54,984 nt of DNA from a virus (IMGVR_UViG_3300030332_001741:1-54984), one strand, 5' to 3'. Positions 1-10,445 are shown, numbered from the stretch's first letter. Program-made: numbers and translations. The notes: generated from the sequence alone by a model not told the origin.

Positions 1-98
1 ATTGTTCTGATTAAGGAGAAAGAAACTCCAACTGGAACAATTAAAAGACTCGAAAGAGAAATAAAAGAAAAAGATGAAGTTATTCGAATGCGTGAGCA
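1..98. repeat. Terminal overlap (left copy), circular contig closure
   Basis: Bases 1-98 (attgttctgattaagg...cgtgagca) are identical to 54886-54983; the next base differs (C at 99, T at 54984). Confidence 0.95.
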
Positions 99-258
99 CT
101 GGCTTCGTAAATTAACTAATGAAAATGCACTTATTGTAAAGCAAAATATAGAATATGAAAGAAACCAAGATGCAATGGCTAATGCCACTGCGTATTTTGC
201 TAATAGGAAAATAACATTACGAGATTATATTCGTGGATATTTTAAAAAGATTTTTTGA
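1..258 (+). CDS. Hypothetical coiled-coil protein spanning the contig junction (starts at ATG 54865)
   Basis: Frame MLKLKNNIVLIKEKETPTGTIKRLEREIKEKDEVIRMREHW...GYFKKIF* reads through the terminal overlap and stops at TGA 256-258; not in the ORF track. Confidence 0.75.
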   Translation: MVLIKEKETPTGTIKRLEREIKEKDEVIRMREHWLRKLTNENALIVKQNIEYERNQDAMANATAYFANRKITLRDYIRGYFKKIF

Positions 259-259
259 G

Positions 260-697
260 ATGCCCCCAAGGCATAGATTCTCTTCATGGAGTATAAGTTT
301 TGTCATTTTGATAAACTTTTGTTCTCAATCACTGTGTGAAGAGAATCTTTATAGTAAAAAAATATTGCGATGTAATGAAGACTGTGAATTAACAGAATTA
401 ACATGGGAGAATAATTATGGTAATACAAATGTTATCAAAGGTCTATTTAAAGATGAAACAATGCATTACTGCCTCACCAAGGATTCGTGGGATCCTATTA
501 TTCGTTGGTGGAATATTGGTGGTCAGTATCATATGTTTGCTAATCAACTGATTAAAGGAGAATGTTTTCAAGTATCAGAGATGCAAGATTACATTGCTGT
601 GGAATTAGTTAAAGACAAAGGCAAATTAAAAGTTTATAGAGCTGAATGGATTTACAACCAACCACAAGAATTTTATGTGTTACAGATTATTGAATAG
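260..697 (+). CDS. Hypothetical protein with N-terminal hydrophobic/signal segment
   Basis: ATG 260 directly follows the stop at 258; WSISFVILINFC hydrophobic stretch; last gene of the plus arm, converging on the minus arm. Confidence 0.6.
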   Translation: MPPRHRFSSWSISFVILINFCSQSLCEENLYSKKILRCNEDCELTELTWENNYGNTNVIKGLFKDETMHYCLTKDSWDPIIRWWNIGGQYHMFANQLIKGECFQVSEMQDYIAVELVKDKGKLKVYRAEWIYNQPQEFYVLQIIE

Positions 698-3053
698 TTT
701 GTAATTTTTCTTTTGCTGGTTTTGAAAGACTTTCTAGCAACTTTTTAAATGGTGAAGTTTCCCATGGTGCATCACCAATCACTTCTCCTGTTTCAGGATC
801 TAGTATATCACCCAAGCCAACTGGCTCTACAAGAGTTCTTGCAGTTGAAGTAAATAATGGTGCTGGGATAGCACTCGTAAAATTTTTCATAATTTGTTTA
901 TAAGTCAAAGGATTGATTGCTCGTTGTGCTGCTGATCCACCTGAAATAGCTTCTGCACCAGCTTCTACAAATTCTCCGACACCCACAGGAATTTTCCTAA
1001 TTACTGGCCATAATTTTTTTTGTGCCATTGCATTCACAAATGAATAAGCACTTTTTGAAGTGTTATTCCAGACTTCTGCTGGCATAGTTGTTTCTACTTC
1101 ATCCACGAATCGTTGTAATTTATTTATTTCAGCTTTTGTGAATAATTTTTCAACTATTTCCCTGTTCTTAATAAAATTCTCTCTAAAATTGTTAACAATG
1201 ACTGAACGAGTAATGTCTCCTGTTCTTGGATTTGAAAAAGTTCTAATCAATGCAGCTTCTTTTAATAATTTCATTAATTCAGGATCACCTTGTTTTTTTA
1301 TTCTGTTAATAATATCCAGACCAAGACCTTTGTCTTTTATTTTATTTGCTGTGAAAATATAAGAAAGAACATCATTAGCTGAAACATTTTCATCTTTTAA
1401 TATTTTTGGCATAATATTAAATGCAGGATCACCTTTTTGCCCTAAAGAAAATTGTTTGTAATTTCTCCAAAGATTTGTTGCTTTCTGAAGAGATTGTATT
1501 GCTTCCACATCACCTTCTATTAATCCTTTTGTTATTAAACGATTTATTCCCCCATCAAATTCTCTTTTTATAGTTTCAAGAGCTAGTCTCTCTGGAGATC
1601 CTTTAGCTGCAGAATTTATATCTATATTTAATCTTTTTCTCCAATCGTCTAAATTTTTATAATTTACATTTCTTGCCAGAGGATCTGCAAACATTTCTCT
1701 AGCTTTCTTAAGATATGTTAAATTTTCTTTTAAAATTGGCATTCTTTCAAGTTGTCTTGCTCCTCCTTTCAATTCATCAACTGATCTGATGAGAGTGTCT
1801 GAGAGTTCTGCGATTGAAGGTGCAAGAACGAATGCATCTCCTGTTTCTTTTGCTGCAGCATATGCATCGGTGCCCAATTTCTTTAAGTTGGATGCAACTT
1901 CTTTTATTTTCGCTCCAATCAATTCTGCCAATTCGTGCTCAGCACCTTCAATAATTGCTCTATCAGAATCGGTGAATTCTTTTACTATTTTTGCAACTTC
2001 TCCTCTTATCTGGTTGATTTGTGCTTCATCAAAATCCATGATTTTTATGCGATTCTCTTCTCCAAATGTTCCACTGTGTCTTAACAGATCCTCTTTTTCT
2101 AATTCCAATCTTTTCGCTGTCCCTGGAGCCATTAATTGACCTTCAGTTTTCTCTAGAGAAAATTTACTTTTTCCTGGCTTAATAAACAATTGCCTAATCT
2201 TTTCAACTGTGGCTGGAGGATTCCAAACAGGAATGGCTTCTAATTGCTTCGCTTTGTTTATAAAATAAGCAGCAGGTTTTGCTATTCCTTGCACAATTCT
2301 TTTCCCTCCAGAGAGGACTGGTGGCAATAGCATTTCTGCAACAGCTCCTAAACCAACATTCCCAGCTCCTTCTTTTAAATTCATATTTTCTTTTGTCATT
2401 GCCTGTCTTGCTGCTTCTGTTCCACCATATCCCAAAAGAGCTTTCCCTCCTCTTGCAAGCATACCTCCTCCTCTTGCCAATTTACTTGCAGGTGTAAATG
2501 CTAAAACTGATCCTATAATGCTTTGAACATCTTGCATTGTCATTCCTGGTTTATTCATGTAATAAACTTCACCATCCCATTTAACCATAAGATTGCTATA
2601 TGTATCTTTGTAAATACCACCCCATCTTTCATCTTTACCAGCGAATGCTTTTTCATAAATTTTAGCTTTTTCCAAATCATCAAAGGTCAAAAGAGCTCTA
2701 ACATCAGGCAAACCAGCTCCTACACTGTCCCAAAATTCAAGAGCACCTGTTTCTGTAAATTCAGGCATATCAGGGTGCTGCAAAGGAACATCTTCCACTT
2801 CTCCAGTATCTTGATTAATATATTGTCCTTTGGCAGCACGAGATAATGTCCCAGGAAGTTCCATGAAGAATTCTGGAGAATTTTGAATAACAGCAGGAAG
2901 TTTTCCCAAGAAATCAAATGTTTCTGCAAAAACACTTTTCCCACCAGCATCTACAATCTCTTCCTCTTCAGCATCTGTATCATAAAGTTCTATTGATTGG
3001 TTGTTCTTTCCTGAGTAAAGATTTTTAAATAGTTCTTCTTGTTCTTTACTCAT
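687..3053 (-). CDS. Large internal virion / DNA ejection protein (788 aa)
   Basis: Long helical Ala/Gly/Lys-rich ORF with hydrophobic Gly-rich segments, at the end of the morphogenesis operon as in podovirus ejection genes. Confidence 0.6.
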   Translation of the reverse strand: MSKEQEELFKNLYSGKNNQSIELYDTDAEEEEIVDAGGKSVFAETFDFLGKLPAVIQNSPEFFMELPGTLSRAAKGQYINQDTGEVEDVPLQHPDMPEFTETGALEFWDSVGAGLPDVRALLTFDDLEKAKIYEKAFAGKDERWGGIYKDTYSNLMVKWDGEVYYMNKPGMTMQDVQSIIGSVLAFTPASKLARGGGMLARGGKALLGYGGTEAARQAMTKENMNLKEGAGNVGLGAVAEMLLPPVLSGGKRIVQGIAKPAAYFINKAKQLEAIPVWNPPATVEKIRQLFIKPGKSKFSLEKTEGQLMAPGTAKRLELEKEDLLRHSGTFGEENRIKIMDFDEAQINQIRGEVAKIVKEFTDSDRAIIEGAEHELAELIGAKIKEVASNLKKLGTDAYAAAKETGDAFVLAPSIAELSDTLIRSVDELKGGARQLERMPILKENLTYLKKAREMFADPLARNVNYKNLDDWRKRLNIDINSAAKGSPERLALETIKREFDGGINRLITKGLIEGDVEAIQSLQKATNLWRNYKQFSLGQKGDPAFNIMPKILKDENVSANDVLSYIFTANKIKDKGLGLDIINRIKKQGDPELMKLLKEAALIRTFSNPRTGDITRSVIVNNFRENFIKNREIVEKLFTKAEINKLQRFVDEVETTMPAEVWNNTSKSAYSFVNAMAQKKLWPVIRKIPVGVGEFVEAGAEAISGGSAAQRAINPLTYKQIMKNFTSAIPAPLFTSTARTLVEPVGLGDILDPETGEVIGDAPWETSPFKKLLESLSKPAKEKLQTIQ

Positions 3054-3235
3054 TGTTCTCTCGCCATTCTTCTTTTTAATTGCTTTACCAATGTTGCTTT
3101 TTTATATCTTCTATCTAATTCAATTCCATGCTCACGACCTTCTAATTCAAGTTCTTTTTTGCTCATACCACCTAAACTCTCCTCTGGCGTCCCAACCAGC
3201 ACTCTATGTAACCATTGCATAAAACTTTCAGACAT
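3050..3235 (-). CDS. Small HeH/Rho-N-like nucleic-acid-binding protein
   Basis: MSKKELELEGREHGIELDRRYKKATLVKQL helix-extension-helix pattern; ATG overlaps the upstream stop (TAATG). Confidence 0.55.
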   Translation of the reverse strand: MSESFMQWLHRVLVGTPEESLGGMSKKELELEGREHGIELDRRYKKATLVKQLKRRMAREQ

Positions 3236-4938
3236 TATTCTTCCTTTTTCCATTTAGGATTCCATGGTTGATTTATATTGGTATCAAGAGTTCCATATTC
3301 TTCATTATGTTTCTCCCATGAATGGTCTAGATTTTTTTGCCATGTATCAGCTGGAACTCCCCATCCTTGTATATAAAATGGTTGTTGCTGCTGTGCTTTA
3401 TCTTGTCCAGTATCTACAGTTCTATTTATCCATTTAGGAGGAGCAACCATCACATCTCCTCTTGGCATATTAAGAATGAATTCACTACGATACATATTCA
3501 AATATTGCCGTGCTACATCCTCAGTCATTCCAGGATTTGCTTTTATTATTTGTTTTGTGTTAATTGGTCCTGTATATTTTGCATAAATTCCAGGATCTAC
3601 TTTTTCCATTTCTCTATTAGCGTCCGCAATCGTATAATTACCAGAAGAAAGAAGATCCATTTCCATATTCATCAATTTCCCAGAAATTTTCGAGATTCTC
3701 TGCAAAGCATACATATTAAGATAATTTGTCATTGGTGAATTTTTAAGATCTAAAATTGCTGCCATATATGCTTTAAATTCCATATCTGAAGTTGAACCAG
3801 ATCCTTTTGGTCTCATCAATGGAGCAAGTTTAAAAGCAAGAGATCTTAAATTTTGCGTTGCTGCAAGTCTCATGCTGTCCCCTGAAACAATCACATTTCC
3901 TCTTTCATCTCTTTCTGCCCAGAAACCTTGTTTTATTTCCTCAAATGGTCGCAAAATGGCAACATCTGCTCCTGTTGTTGTGGCTCCTGAAAGCAATTGC
4001 TCCATAGGATTATCTAAAAGAGGAACGATTTCTTGAACTTTTCCACGAACTTCATCCGAATGAGTAGCCAAATAATCCAATCTTTTTCCTATCATCTGAA
4101 CATAAAATGGCTCTGTATCACCTGACTTAAGAATTACAGAGGTGATTTGATTATTGCCTTCATTTATTTCCCATTCTGCAAATTTTTGATTTGAAACAAT
4201 GGATTTCCCAACAAGATCCTCATCATATTCGTTCGTCACAGCATTCTTTGGAACAATTTGGTCAAGAACTTGTTGGTAAGATTTATGATTTTCATCGATT
4301 CCCAAAGTATTAAGAATATAATCCTCTGCTTTATCTTCAGCAACATATACTGCTTTGCCACCACTTCTTGAAGATTTTGCAATAATTTCTCCTTGAGGAA
4401 GAAGTTTAATACCTGTAAGAACACCATTCTGATAAGTATTATAAATAACCATTGGCTGACCAGCTTTACTTATTATTGGTTTCCCAATTTGATCTTCTGT
4501 TGTTGCTGTGAATTGCTTTGCAAGACCAGGATAATCTTTTTGTGGATATTCCTCTAATGCTTGTTCCTCAGACATATACATTGCTTCTCCTGCCATAACA
4601 TTGCTTGGTTTTCCTAGTTTCATTGCAGTACTCAATCCAACAGCACCTGTTATAATGTCTCCTGCTCTTTTTTGTTCTAAAGTTTTTGATGCAAGTTTAG
4701 TTTTCATAAGTTCTGTTCCTGCTGCACCTGCTGCTCCTATTGCAGTTGCTCCAGGTTTTGAAGATTCTTCAGCCATCTTCGTAAAAAATAAGAATGCTTG
4801 TTCTTCAGGAGTATAAATTGCTGTTTGAGGATAAATCTCCTCCATAAGTTGTACATAAGGACCCAATGCACCGATTTTAGGATTTAAAGTGTTTATATTC
4901 GTTCCTGAAGCACCAAATTTTGAAAAATCTATAGCCAT
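3235..4938 (-). CDS. Internal virion / ejection protein (567 aa)
   Basis: Position in the ejection cluster; Ala/Gly-rich N-terminal part; carries the GSGSTSDMEFKAYM motif. Confidence 0.55.
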   Translation of the reverse strand: MAIDFSKFGASGTNINTLNPKIGALGPYVQLMEEIYPQTAIYTPEEQAFLFFTKMAEESSKPGATAIGAAGAAGTELMKTKLASKTLEQKRAGDIITGAVGLSTAMKLGKPSNVMAGEAMYMSEEQALEEYPQKDYPGLAKQFTATTEDQIGKPIISKAGQPMVIYNTYQNGVLTGIKLLPQGEIIAKSSRSGGKAVYVAEDKAEDYILNTLGIDENHKSYQQVLDQIVPKNAVTNEYDEDLVGKSIVSNQKFAEWEINEGNNQITSVILKSGDTEPFYVQMIGKRLDYLATHSDEVRGKVQEIVPLLDNPMEQLLSGATTTGADVAILRPFEEIKQGFWAERDERGNVIVSGDSMRLAATQNLRSLAFKLAPLMRPKGSGSTSDMEFKAYMAAILDLKNSPMTNYLNMYALQRISKISGKLMNMEMDLLSSGNYTIADANREMEKVDPGIYAKYTGPINTKQIIKANPGMTEDVARQYLNMYRSEFILNMPRGDVMVAPPKWINRTVDTGQDKAQQQQPFYIQGWGVPADTWQKNLDHSWEKHNEEYGTLDTNINQPWNPKWKKEE

Positions 4939-4939
4939 T

Positions 4940-6010
4940 CTATCCTAACATCCTATAAGCACTATAAAGTGAACCAAGACCACCGATTGTTTGACCATAC
5001 ACACTTGGTGTTTGTATAACTTCACCACCTCGTTGCATAGCAAATTCACGAGTTTCATATGGCATTCCTTTTAGAGCACCGATTGCAAAATTCAAAGAAC
5101 TGAAAGGATATTCTCTCTGTTCAACGAAATCTCTATATGCAAGTTCTAATGCTTGTGTATCTAACATTCTTTCTGCTTCACCAACACCTAATAATCCAAG
5201 ACTTTCTCGTTCTGTTAAAGTTTGAACCAATGGAGCAACATCCTGGAATGCTCTTGCTCCTGTTAAACGAGCTGTTTGCGTTAAATCAAAGACTCTTTCT
5301 TCACGAGTCTTGTCTTTTTCTGCTTGAGCTGATGCAAATTCCAGAGCACCTCTTCCTGCTTCACCCATTGTTCGTGCTCTTTCTCGAGCTTCTCCACGAG
5401 TTAATTCTGCCGACTCAATACCCATTCTGGAGCCACCATATGCACCTCCACCGAGTTGACTTTGTAAAGATTGGCGTCTCTGGGTATAAACATCTGAAAT
5501 ATCTTGTAAACTAGGATCAACTGCTGCCATATAAGCAGGCATATATTTATCAACATCTGCTTGTCCGAATGCAGTTGGATTTAATTGTCCAATGCTTTCT
5601 GTATAATCAGACATCATTCCTGCAAATCCAGGAGTTGTTGTATCACCTGTTAAATATTTTTGGTAATCACCACTTTGGGTTCTTAATTTTTCAACAGCTT
5701 CTTGCTCTACAGCACTTAATTTTGAAAGTTGGTCTGTAGGAGTAATAAGCTGTTGTCGTGTCTCTCCTGTCTCAGGATCAGTAATTGTTTCATATTCTAA
5801 TTGTATTGGTTCTCCAGTTGCTGGATCTATTTTCCCATAAACAGGAAGACGAGGACTTTGGAAAGTGGCCATAGGACTTTCTGCAAGATTTATCGATTCT
5901 GCAAATAACATCTGCCCACCTTTTGAAACCCATTCGGGAATCTGTGTGCCTTCCATAACATCTGTTTCTGTAGGAACTGTCTCTATTCCAGTTGTGCAAA
6001 GTCCACCCAT
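4940..6010 (-). CDS. Internal virion / pilot-type ejection protein (356 aa)
   Basis: Gln/Ala/Gly-rich helical protein with GGAYGGSR motif and C-terminal hydrophobic GQTIGGLGSLY; follows the GNAT gene. Confidence 0.6.
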   Translation of the reverse strand: MGGLCTTGIETVPTETDVMEGTQIPEWVSKGGQMLFAESINLAESPMATFQSPRLPVYGKIDPATGEPIQLEYETITDPETGETRQQLITPTDQLSKLSAVEQEAVEKLRTQSGDYQKYLTGDTTTPGFAGMMSDYTESIGQLNPTAFGQADVDKYMPAYMAAVDPSLQDISDVYTQRRQSLQSQLGGGAYGGSRMGIESAELTRGEARERARTMGEAGRGALEFASAQAEKDKTREERVFDLTQTARLTGARAFQDVAPLVQTLTERESLGLLGVGEAERMLDTQALELAYRDFVEQREYPFSSLNFAIGALKGMPYETREFAMQRGGEVIQTPSVYGQTIGGLGSLYSAYRMLG

Positions 6011-6013
6011 TAT

Positions 6014-6454
6014 TTATTTCTCCAAATAAGTGCACCCAACTTTGACCAAGCCGAGTTTTTCATAAAAATTATCTTTTCTTTCAATATCACCAAAATATAT
6101 ATGTCCAAGTTTCAATTTTAATTTAGCTTCTTTTCCAACATTCATGAATTCTTTTATTAAAGAAACTGCTGTTTTTGAATTCCTATATTTCTCCAAAACA
6201 TAAAACCACATATCTCCTAGAGTATTTTCTTTTGTGAACCAATCTTCAGAAGCAATTCCTCCAATTGAACCAACTAATTTTTTCTCATCATTTATTACCA
6301 CAATTACAATTCCAATTTTCATAGCATAAATTACAGAATCTGTAACTTTTGTTATGTCTAGAGCAGGAATATCAAACTTTGCCTCCGCATGCATCTGAGT
6401 GATGAGATGTATAATAGCAGAAATATCTAGAGCATTTGCTCTTCGAATTTCCAC
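6014..6454 (-). CDS. GNAT-family acetyltransferase
   Basis: IRRA..DI start, FYVLEKYRNS acetyl-CoA motif A, FYEKLG motif B. Confidence 0.8.
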   Translation of the reverse strand: MEIRRANALDISAIIHLITQMHAEAKFDIPALDITKVTDSVIYAMKIGIVIVVINDEKKLVGSIGGIASEDWFTKENTLGDMWFYVLEKYRNSKTAVSLIKEFMNVGKEAKLKLKLGHIYFGDIERKDNFYEKLGLVKVGCTYLEK

Positions 6455-6795
6455 TAGACCATTCCACTTAAAGCACCCATTTCGGAAGGTGGTTGATTTC
6501 CTCCCATTCCTCTACTCATAACTTCGTTAATAAGAATCTCTAATTCAGGAAGCAATTTAATCAGAACTTGAGCTGTTTTACCATCAATCGCTCTATCCAG
6601 TTCTTTTAATTCCTCAGGAGTCATACTTTCCAGTCTTGACATCAAAACAATTTGAATATTCTGATCTGGTTGTTTCATCCCTTCAGCAGCTTCAACACCA
6701 AGTTTTTCATTCAGAACTTTAGGTGGTGGTTGAACTGGTGGTGGTTGAACTGGTGGTGGTTGAACTGGTGGTGTTACAGATTCTTGAGCCATCAT
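6454..6795 (-). CDS. Hypothetical virion-module protein with PPVQP repeats (likely start MMAQES)
   Basis: ATG just after the upstream stop with GGAG further upstream; Pro-rich repeat. Confidence 0.6.
   Translation of the reverse strand: MMAQESVTPPVQPPPVQPPPVQPPPKVLNEKLGVEAAEGMKQPDQNIQIVLMSRLESMTPEELKELDRAIDGKTAQVLIKLLPELEILINEVMSRGMGGNQPPSEMGALSGMV
6722..6773. repeat. 15-bp tandem repeat (ggtggtggttgaact) x3.5 encoding (PPVQP)n
   Basis: Perfect copies at 6722, 6737 and 6752, partial copy at 6767. Confidence 0.95.
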
Positions 6796-6805
6796 AATTT
6801 CATCT

Positions 6806-8350
6806 TCAATTGCCAATTTTTTTCTCCTTATAAAGTATTGACCAATCAGACTGCTCACAGAACACTCCAATCACCCAACATGTTGGTTCTAATATTTTTC
6901 TATATATTTTACCAAGATAATCTGGTTTATCTTTTTTGCCATATATGTAAGCAATTTCGTTCGCACGATGCTTGGCAATATGTTTCCAGAATTTAACAAA
7001 ACGACCTTTGCGCATTTGCTGAACTACATGTATTGCCCATACATGATAACCTCTTACATGAGTTGGTGTTAAATAATCTCTTGTAAATTTATAATCTAAA
7101 ATAACATCTTGTTTGCTTAGCAATTTTTGTCGCATTAACTCATTACAAATAACTCTTCCTCCACTACCAATCAGACCTCCGATTGCTCCTCCAATAAATC
7201 CACCGATTGGACCACCGATTGCTGTTCCGATTGCTGTTCCAACTGTTGAACCAAGAGCACTATCAGCAGCTTCTTCTGCCCTCTCCAGTGGTTTGCCTGA
7301 ACCAAGAGCAAGTCCAACAGCAAAACTAACAGCAAAATTCGAAGCCATCTGAGTTGGTGCAAATGCTTCTCCTGCTCTTGAACTAAATCCTTCTCCACTC
7401 CAGAATCCAGGATCTGGAGGTATTGCACCTTGAGTAGCAGATACTGCACTTTGAGTCCCTCCTGTCATCATACCATAACCTGTTCCTCCGAATCCTTGCT
7501 GTGCTGCAGCATTAATTCCTGTTCCTGCTGCTCCTGGAACAACATACTGAGACATTTGGCTGGATCCATAACCAGAAGTTCCCATGGGTGCTCCTTCTAG
7601 ATTGCTCATCCAGTCGCTTCTGCGAATTTTGCTTGTGTCCATTCTTGGAGAGTGCGTAACATTCATATCAGGTGGATTATGTTTATTGAAATAAACATTG
7701 CCCTCTTTATTATATACGAGTTGATTTCCTTTACCAGAAATTTCTCCTGATAAAACCCGTTTTTCAAGTTCTGGATTATAAGCATAATTTGGTGGTGCTT
7801 TGTTGGCGATATCAACAGCTTTGTTATATGCTGTCGTATGTATTGGAGAAGCTTCTCTCCAAGAATATTGAAGAGGACTCTCTCCTCCGAACTCCATTGC
7901 TGTTTGTGCAGCATCTACACCTGCTCGATCTAGAGCTGTTCCAAAAGTTGTATCTGTTGCATAAAGATATTTTGCTGCTGCATCCTGTAAAAATGGTTCA
8001 GCTGTTTTACCAGCCACCTGTAATATAAGATCTAAAGTATTTATGTCTTCAGGAGGAAGCTCATCTCTTCTTTGATTTTGTTCAGCAATCCATTGCTTAT
8101 CTTCATCATCGAAATTCTCCCATTCTTCAAACATCTTGATTGGATTGCCTTGTGTGTCTCTTCGGAGTCTTTGAAAAATAAATCTCTGAGAAGGATCTGC
8201 TCCTGTACCATAAAAATATCCACCACTTCCCATTGACATTGGTAAAGAGTAAAGTTCCGTTTTATAAGGAATTCCCTCTGGACTTGTGCCACCAGGAATG
8301 CCACTCAGACCTCCCAATGAAAAATTAGTTGAACCATATCCATTTGCCAT
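6806..8350 (-). CDS. Virion protein (514 aa) with glycine-zipper segment and C-terminal VICxEL...GYHxWA domain
   Basis: GTAIGTAIGGPIGGFIGGAIGG zipper followed by GGRVICNEL...VRGYHVWA. Confidence 0.6.
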   Translation of the reverse strand: MANGYGSTNFSLGGLSGIPGGTSPEGIPYKTELYSLPMSMGSGGYFYGTGADPSQRFIFQRLRRDTQGNPIKMFEEWENFDDEDKQWIAEQNQRRDELPPEDINTLDLILQVAGKTAEPFLQDAAAKYLYATDTTFGTALDRAGVDAAQTAMEFGGESPLQYSWREASPIHTTAYNKAVDIANKAPPNYAYNPELEKRVLSGEISGKGNQLVYNKEGNVYFNKHNPPDMNVTHSPRMDTSKIRRSDWMSNLEGAPMGTSGYGSSQMSQYVVPGAAGTGINAAAQQGFGGTGYGMMTGGTQSAVSATQGAIPPDPGFWSGEGFSSRAGEAFAPTQMASNFAVSFAVGLALGSGKPLERAEEAADSALGSTVGTAIGTAIGGPIGGFIGGAIGGLIGSGGRVICNELMRQKLLSKQDVILDYKFTRDYLTPTHVRGYHVWAIHVVQQMRKGRFVKFWKHIAKHRANEIAYIYGKKDKPDYLGKIYRKILEPTCWVIGVFCEQSDWSILYKEKKIGN

Positions 8351-8604
8351 TATCCTATAACTCCTCTATCTCTTAAATCATTTATCAAAGTTCCTAAAAC
8401 ATCTGCAACTTCAGCAAGAGTTGTTGAGTCTGCATCCAATACTCTATCAGCTGTAACATTTGTCATTGTATAAGTTGCACTTGATGCTGCTAAATTTGTA
8501 TTTGACAAATTCATCTCTAGTTGATTAATTAATTGATTTGCCCATCGAGCATCATAACTTATTGGAGGACTTGGTAATCTTCCTCTTCTATTCCCTGTAC
8601 TCAT
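8350..8604 (-). CDS. Small tail-associated protein
   Basis: Translationally coupled downstream of the nozzle gene; LP.PP..YD pattern. Confidence 0.55.
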   Translation of the reverse strand: MSTGNRRGRLPSPPISYDARWANQLINQLEMNLSNTNLAASSATYTMTNVTADRVLDADSTTLAEVADVLGTLINDLRDRGVIG

Positions 8605-10445
8605 CGCAAGCCATCTCCTCGTAAATTAACTCTAAATCGACCCAAAGCCCAATTGTCTCCAACTGCAGAACTAGAAAAACGAACTTTCATCTGGCGTCCT
8701 TTTGCTCTGCAACTTATTTTAGTTGTATTTGATGAAATAGTAAATGGTCCTTTTGAAGTTTCAGTCCCATTTGGGTATTTTGCCGATTTAAGAGTGACAG
8801 ATACACTTCCTGTAACTGTTGCATCAGGAACAATCCTATCAACCATGAAAAGATTGGTTCCATCGGGAGAATCTGATAAATTAAGCTCCATAGGAGAACT
8901 TTCCACATAAGCAGTCATTGCAGACCCATCATCATCTGTTCCTGTTTCTTGGTTATAAAGTTTTCCATCTGGATCTGCTGCATAAGGAGCAGTTCTAACT
9001 CCAAAAGCATCATGCCAAGTTGTTCTAGCCATAGATCCTAGCGACCAAACATTCGCTTCATAATTATACATTATATATTTGTCTGGCTCTTCACCTGAAG
9101 AATCATTACTCACATAGAACCACATAATTTCTTTAAATTGGCGATTTAAAACACCAAATATTTTTTGAGTCTGCTGGGAGTTTAAAGTATCAAAAATAAA
9201 AAATTGCATAGGGCAAGGCAACTCTCGCACTTGACCATCAAAGATGAAAAAGTTTTTACGACCCATCCAATAAACTGTCCCAGACTCATTAACCATTGAT
9301 CTTAAAGAAATTGGACCACAATTGGTTCCTAATAATCTAAAAGCAAATGTAAAAGGTGGACCAACAAAAGCCATACCATACATAGCTTCATCTGTTCCGA
9401 TAAATATTTCCTCTCGAGTTCCAACTGCAGCCATTATCTTCGTTCCTTCTTGAAGTCTCTGACTTCCTGCAGTTGTTGCTGTAGAAACAGTCCAATTGGT
9501 ATAATCTCCTTGGTCTGACCAAGCAACAAGCATAGGATCTTGTGCACTTGCACCACTATCATAAGACCCCATAGAAACAACATGTCTATCTGGAAAAGAA
9601 AGAATTGTGAAACGACTTGTTTGTGGTGCATTACTTACTACAGTTGCTCTTGCTGAAACACCACCAGAGCTATCCCAATAATAAGTGTAATTATTGCTAA
9701 CAGTAGCAATTAAATCTTCACCCCAAAGATTAAGACTCCATATTGTCAGATCCAGTGTAACTGCACTTCCTGCACGAGCTGTTCCCCAAGTTGACTCACC
9801 CCATGGACCAGTTCCATAACCTAATGCTGTTGAAGCAGTTGCATTATTCATTCCTTCACTTTTACCGATTAAATGTTTTGCTGTTATTGAAGAGCCACCA
9901 CCTGCACCTGTTGCATCTGCTGTGGTTGTTGCTGTTATTTCATAAGCATTTGCACTTGTAACATTTATTATTTCATATGGACCATCAATAGTAACATTAT
10001 TAAATGTTGAAGCATTTGAAAAACTTACAATCTCCCCAGAAACGCAACCATGAGAAGAATCTGTTACTGTAACAGTTGTAGAGCCACTCGCTGTTGTTAA
10101 TGGATCTGCACCTAAAGAACTCGTTGCTCGTAAAGGTGTTATGTCGTAAAATTGACCATCTAATAATATTAATAATTGCTTCTCTGTGCCAAGAGCAACA
10201 TAATCTGTGCCATTTAAAGATCTCCAATTGACCATGGCTCTGCATTTTCCAGCACTTAATGTTGTTGAAGAAGTTATTGTTGTTGGTGTAGTAGTTTCTT
10301 GTTCCCATCCACCGATCTTTGCAGGAAAACCATTTTCAAAGCGAACTTTGTCTCCATCAACCCAATATGGTCCAACTGCACCTGCTGTATATTCTGGAAT
10401 ATCTTTAACGATTCCTGGCTTTATATCAATTCCTGTTAATGGCAT
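8601..10445 (-). CDS. Tail nozzle / packaged DNA stabilisation protein (P22 gp10-like)
   Basis: 614-aa beta-rich protein: PGIVKD, W.D.DKVRF, AWSDQ.D...W, GxNCG, RxKGRQ, WxLGxxR C-terminus. Confidence 0.75.
   Translation of the reverse strand: MPLTGIDIKPGIVKDIPEYTAGAVGPYWVDGDKVRFENGFPAKIGGWEQETTTPTTITSSTTLSAGKCRAMVNWRSLNGTDYVALGTEKQLLILLDGQFYDITPLRATSSLGADPLTTASGSTTVTVTDSSHGCVSGEIVSFSNASTFNNVTIDGPYEIINVTSANAYEITATTTADATGAGGGSSITAKHLIGKSEGMNNATASTALGYGTGPWGESTWGTARAGSAVTLDLTIWSLNLWGEDLIATVSNNYTYYWDSSGGVSARATVVSNAPQTSRFTILSFPDRHVVSMGSYDSGASAQDPMLVAWSDQGDYTNWTVSTATTAGSQRLQEGTKIMAAVGTREEIFIGTDEAMYGMAFVGPPFTFAFRLLGTNCGPISLRSMVNESGTVYWMGRKNFFIFDGQVRELPCPMQFFIFDTLNSQQTQKIFGVLNRQFKEIMWFYVSNDSSGEEPDKYIMYNYEANVWSLGSMARTTWHDAFGVRTAPYAADPDGKLYNQETGTDDDGSAMTAYVESSPMELNLSDSPDGTNLFMVDRIVPDATVTGSVSVTLKSAKYPNGTETSKGPFTISSNTTKISCRAKGRQMKVRFSSSAVGDNWALGRFRVNLRGDGLR

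Noticed and set aside
1-99. Terminal repeat as a biological direct terminal repeat
   Set aside because: It lies mid-gene and has a k-mer-like length; an assembly overlap of a circular or permuted genome is more likely.
6722-6773. 15-bp repeat as a CRISPR array or phase-variation tract
   Set aside because: No spacers; in-frame coding repeat for PPVQP.
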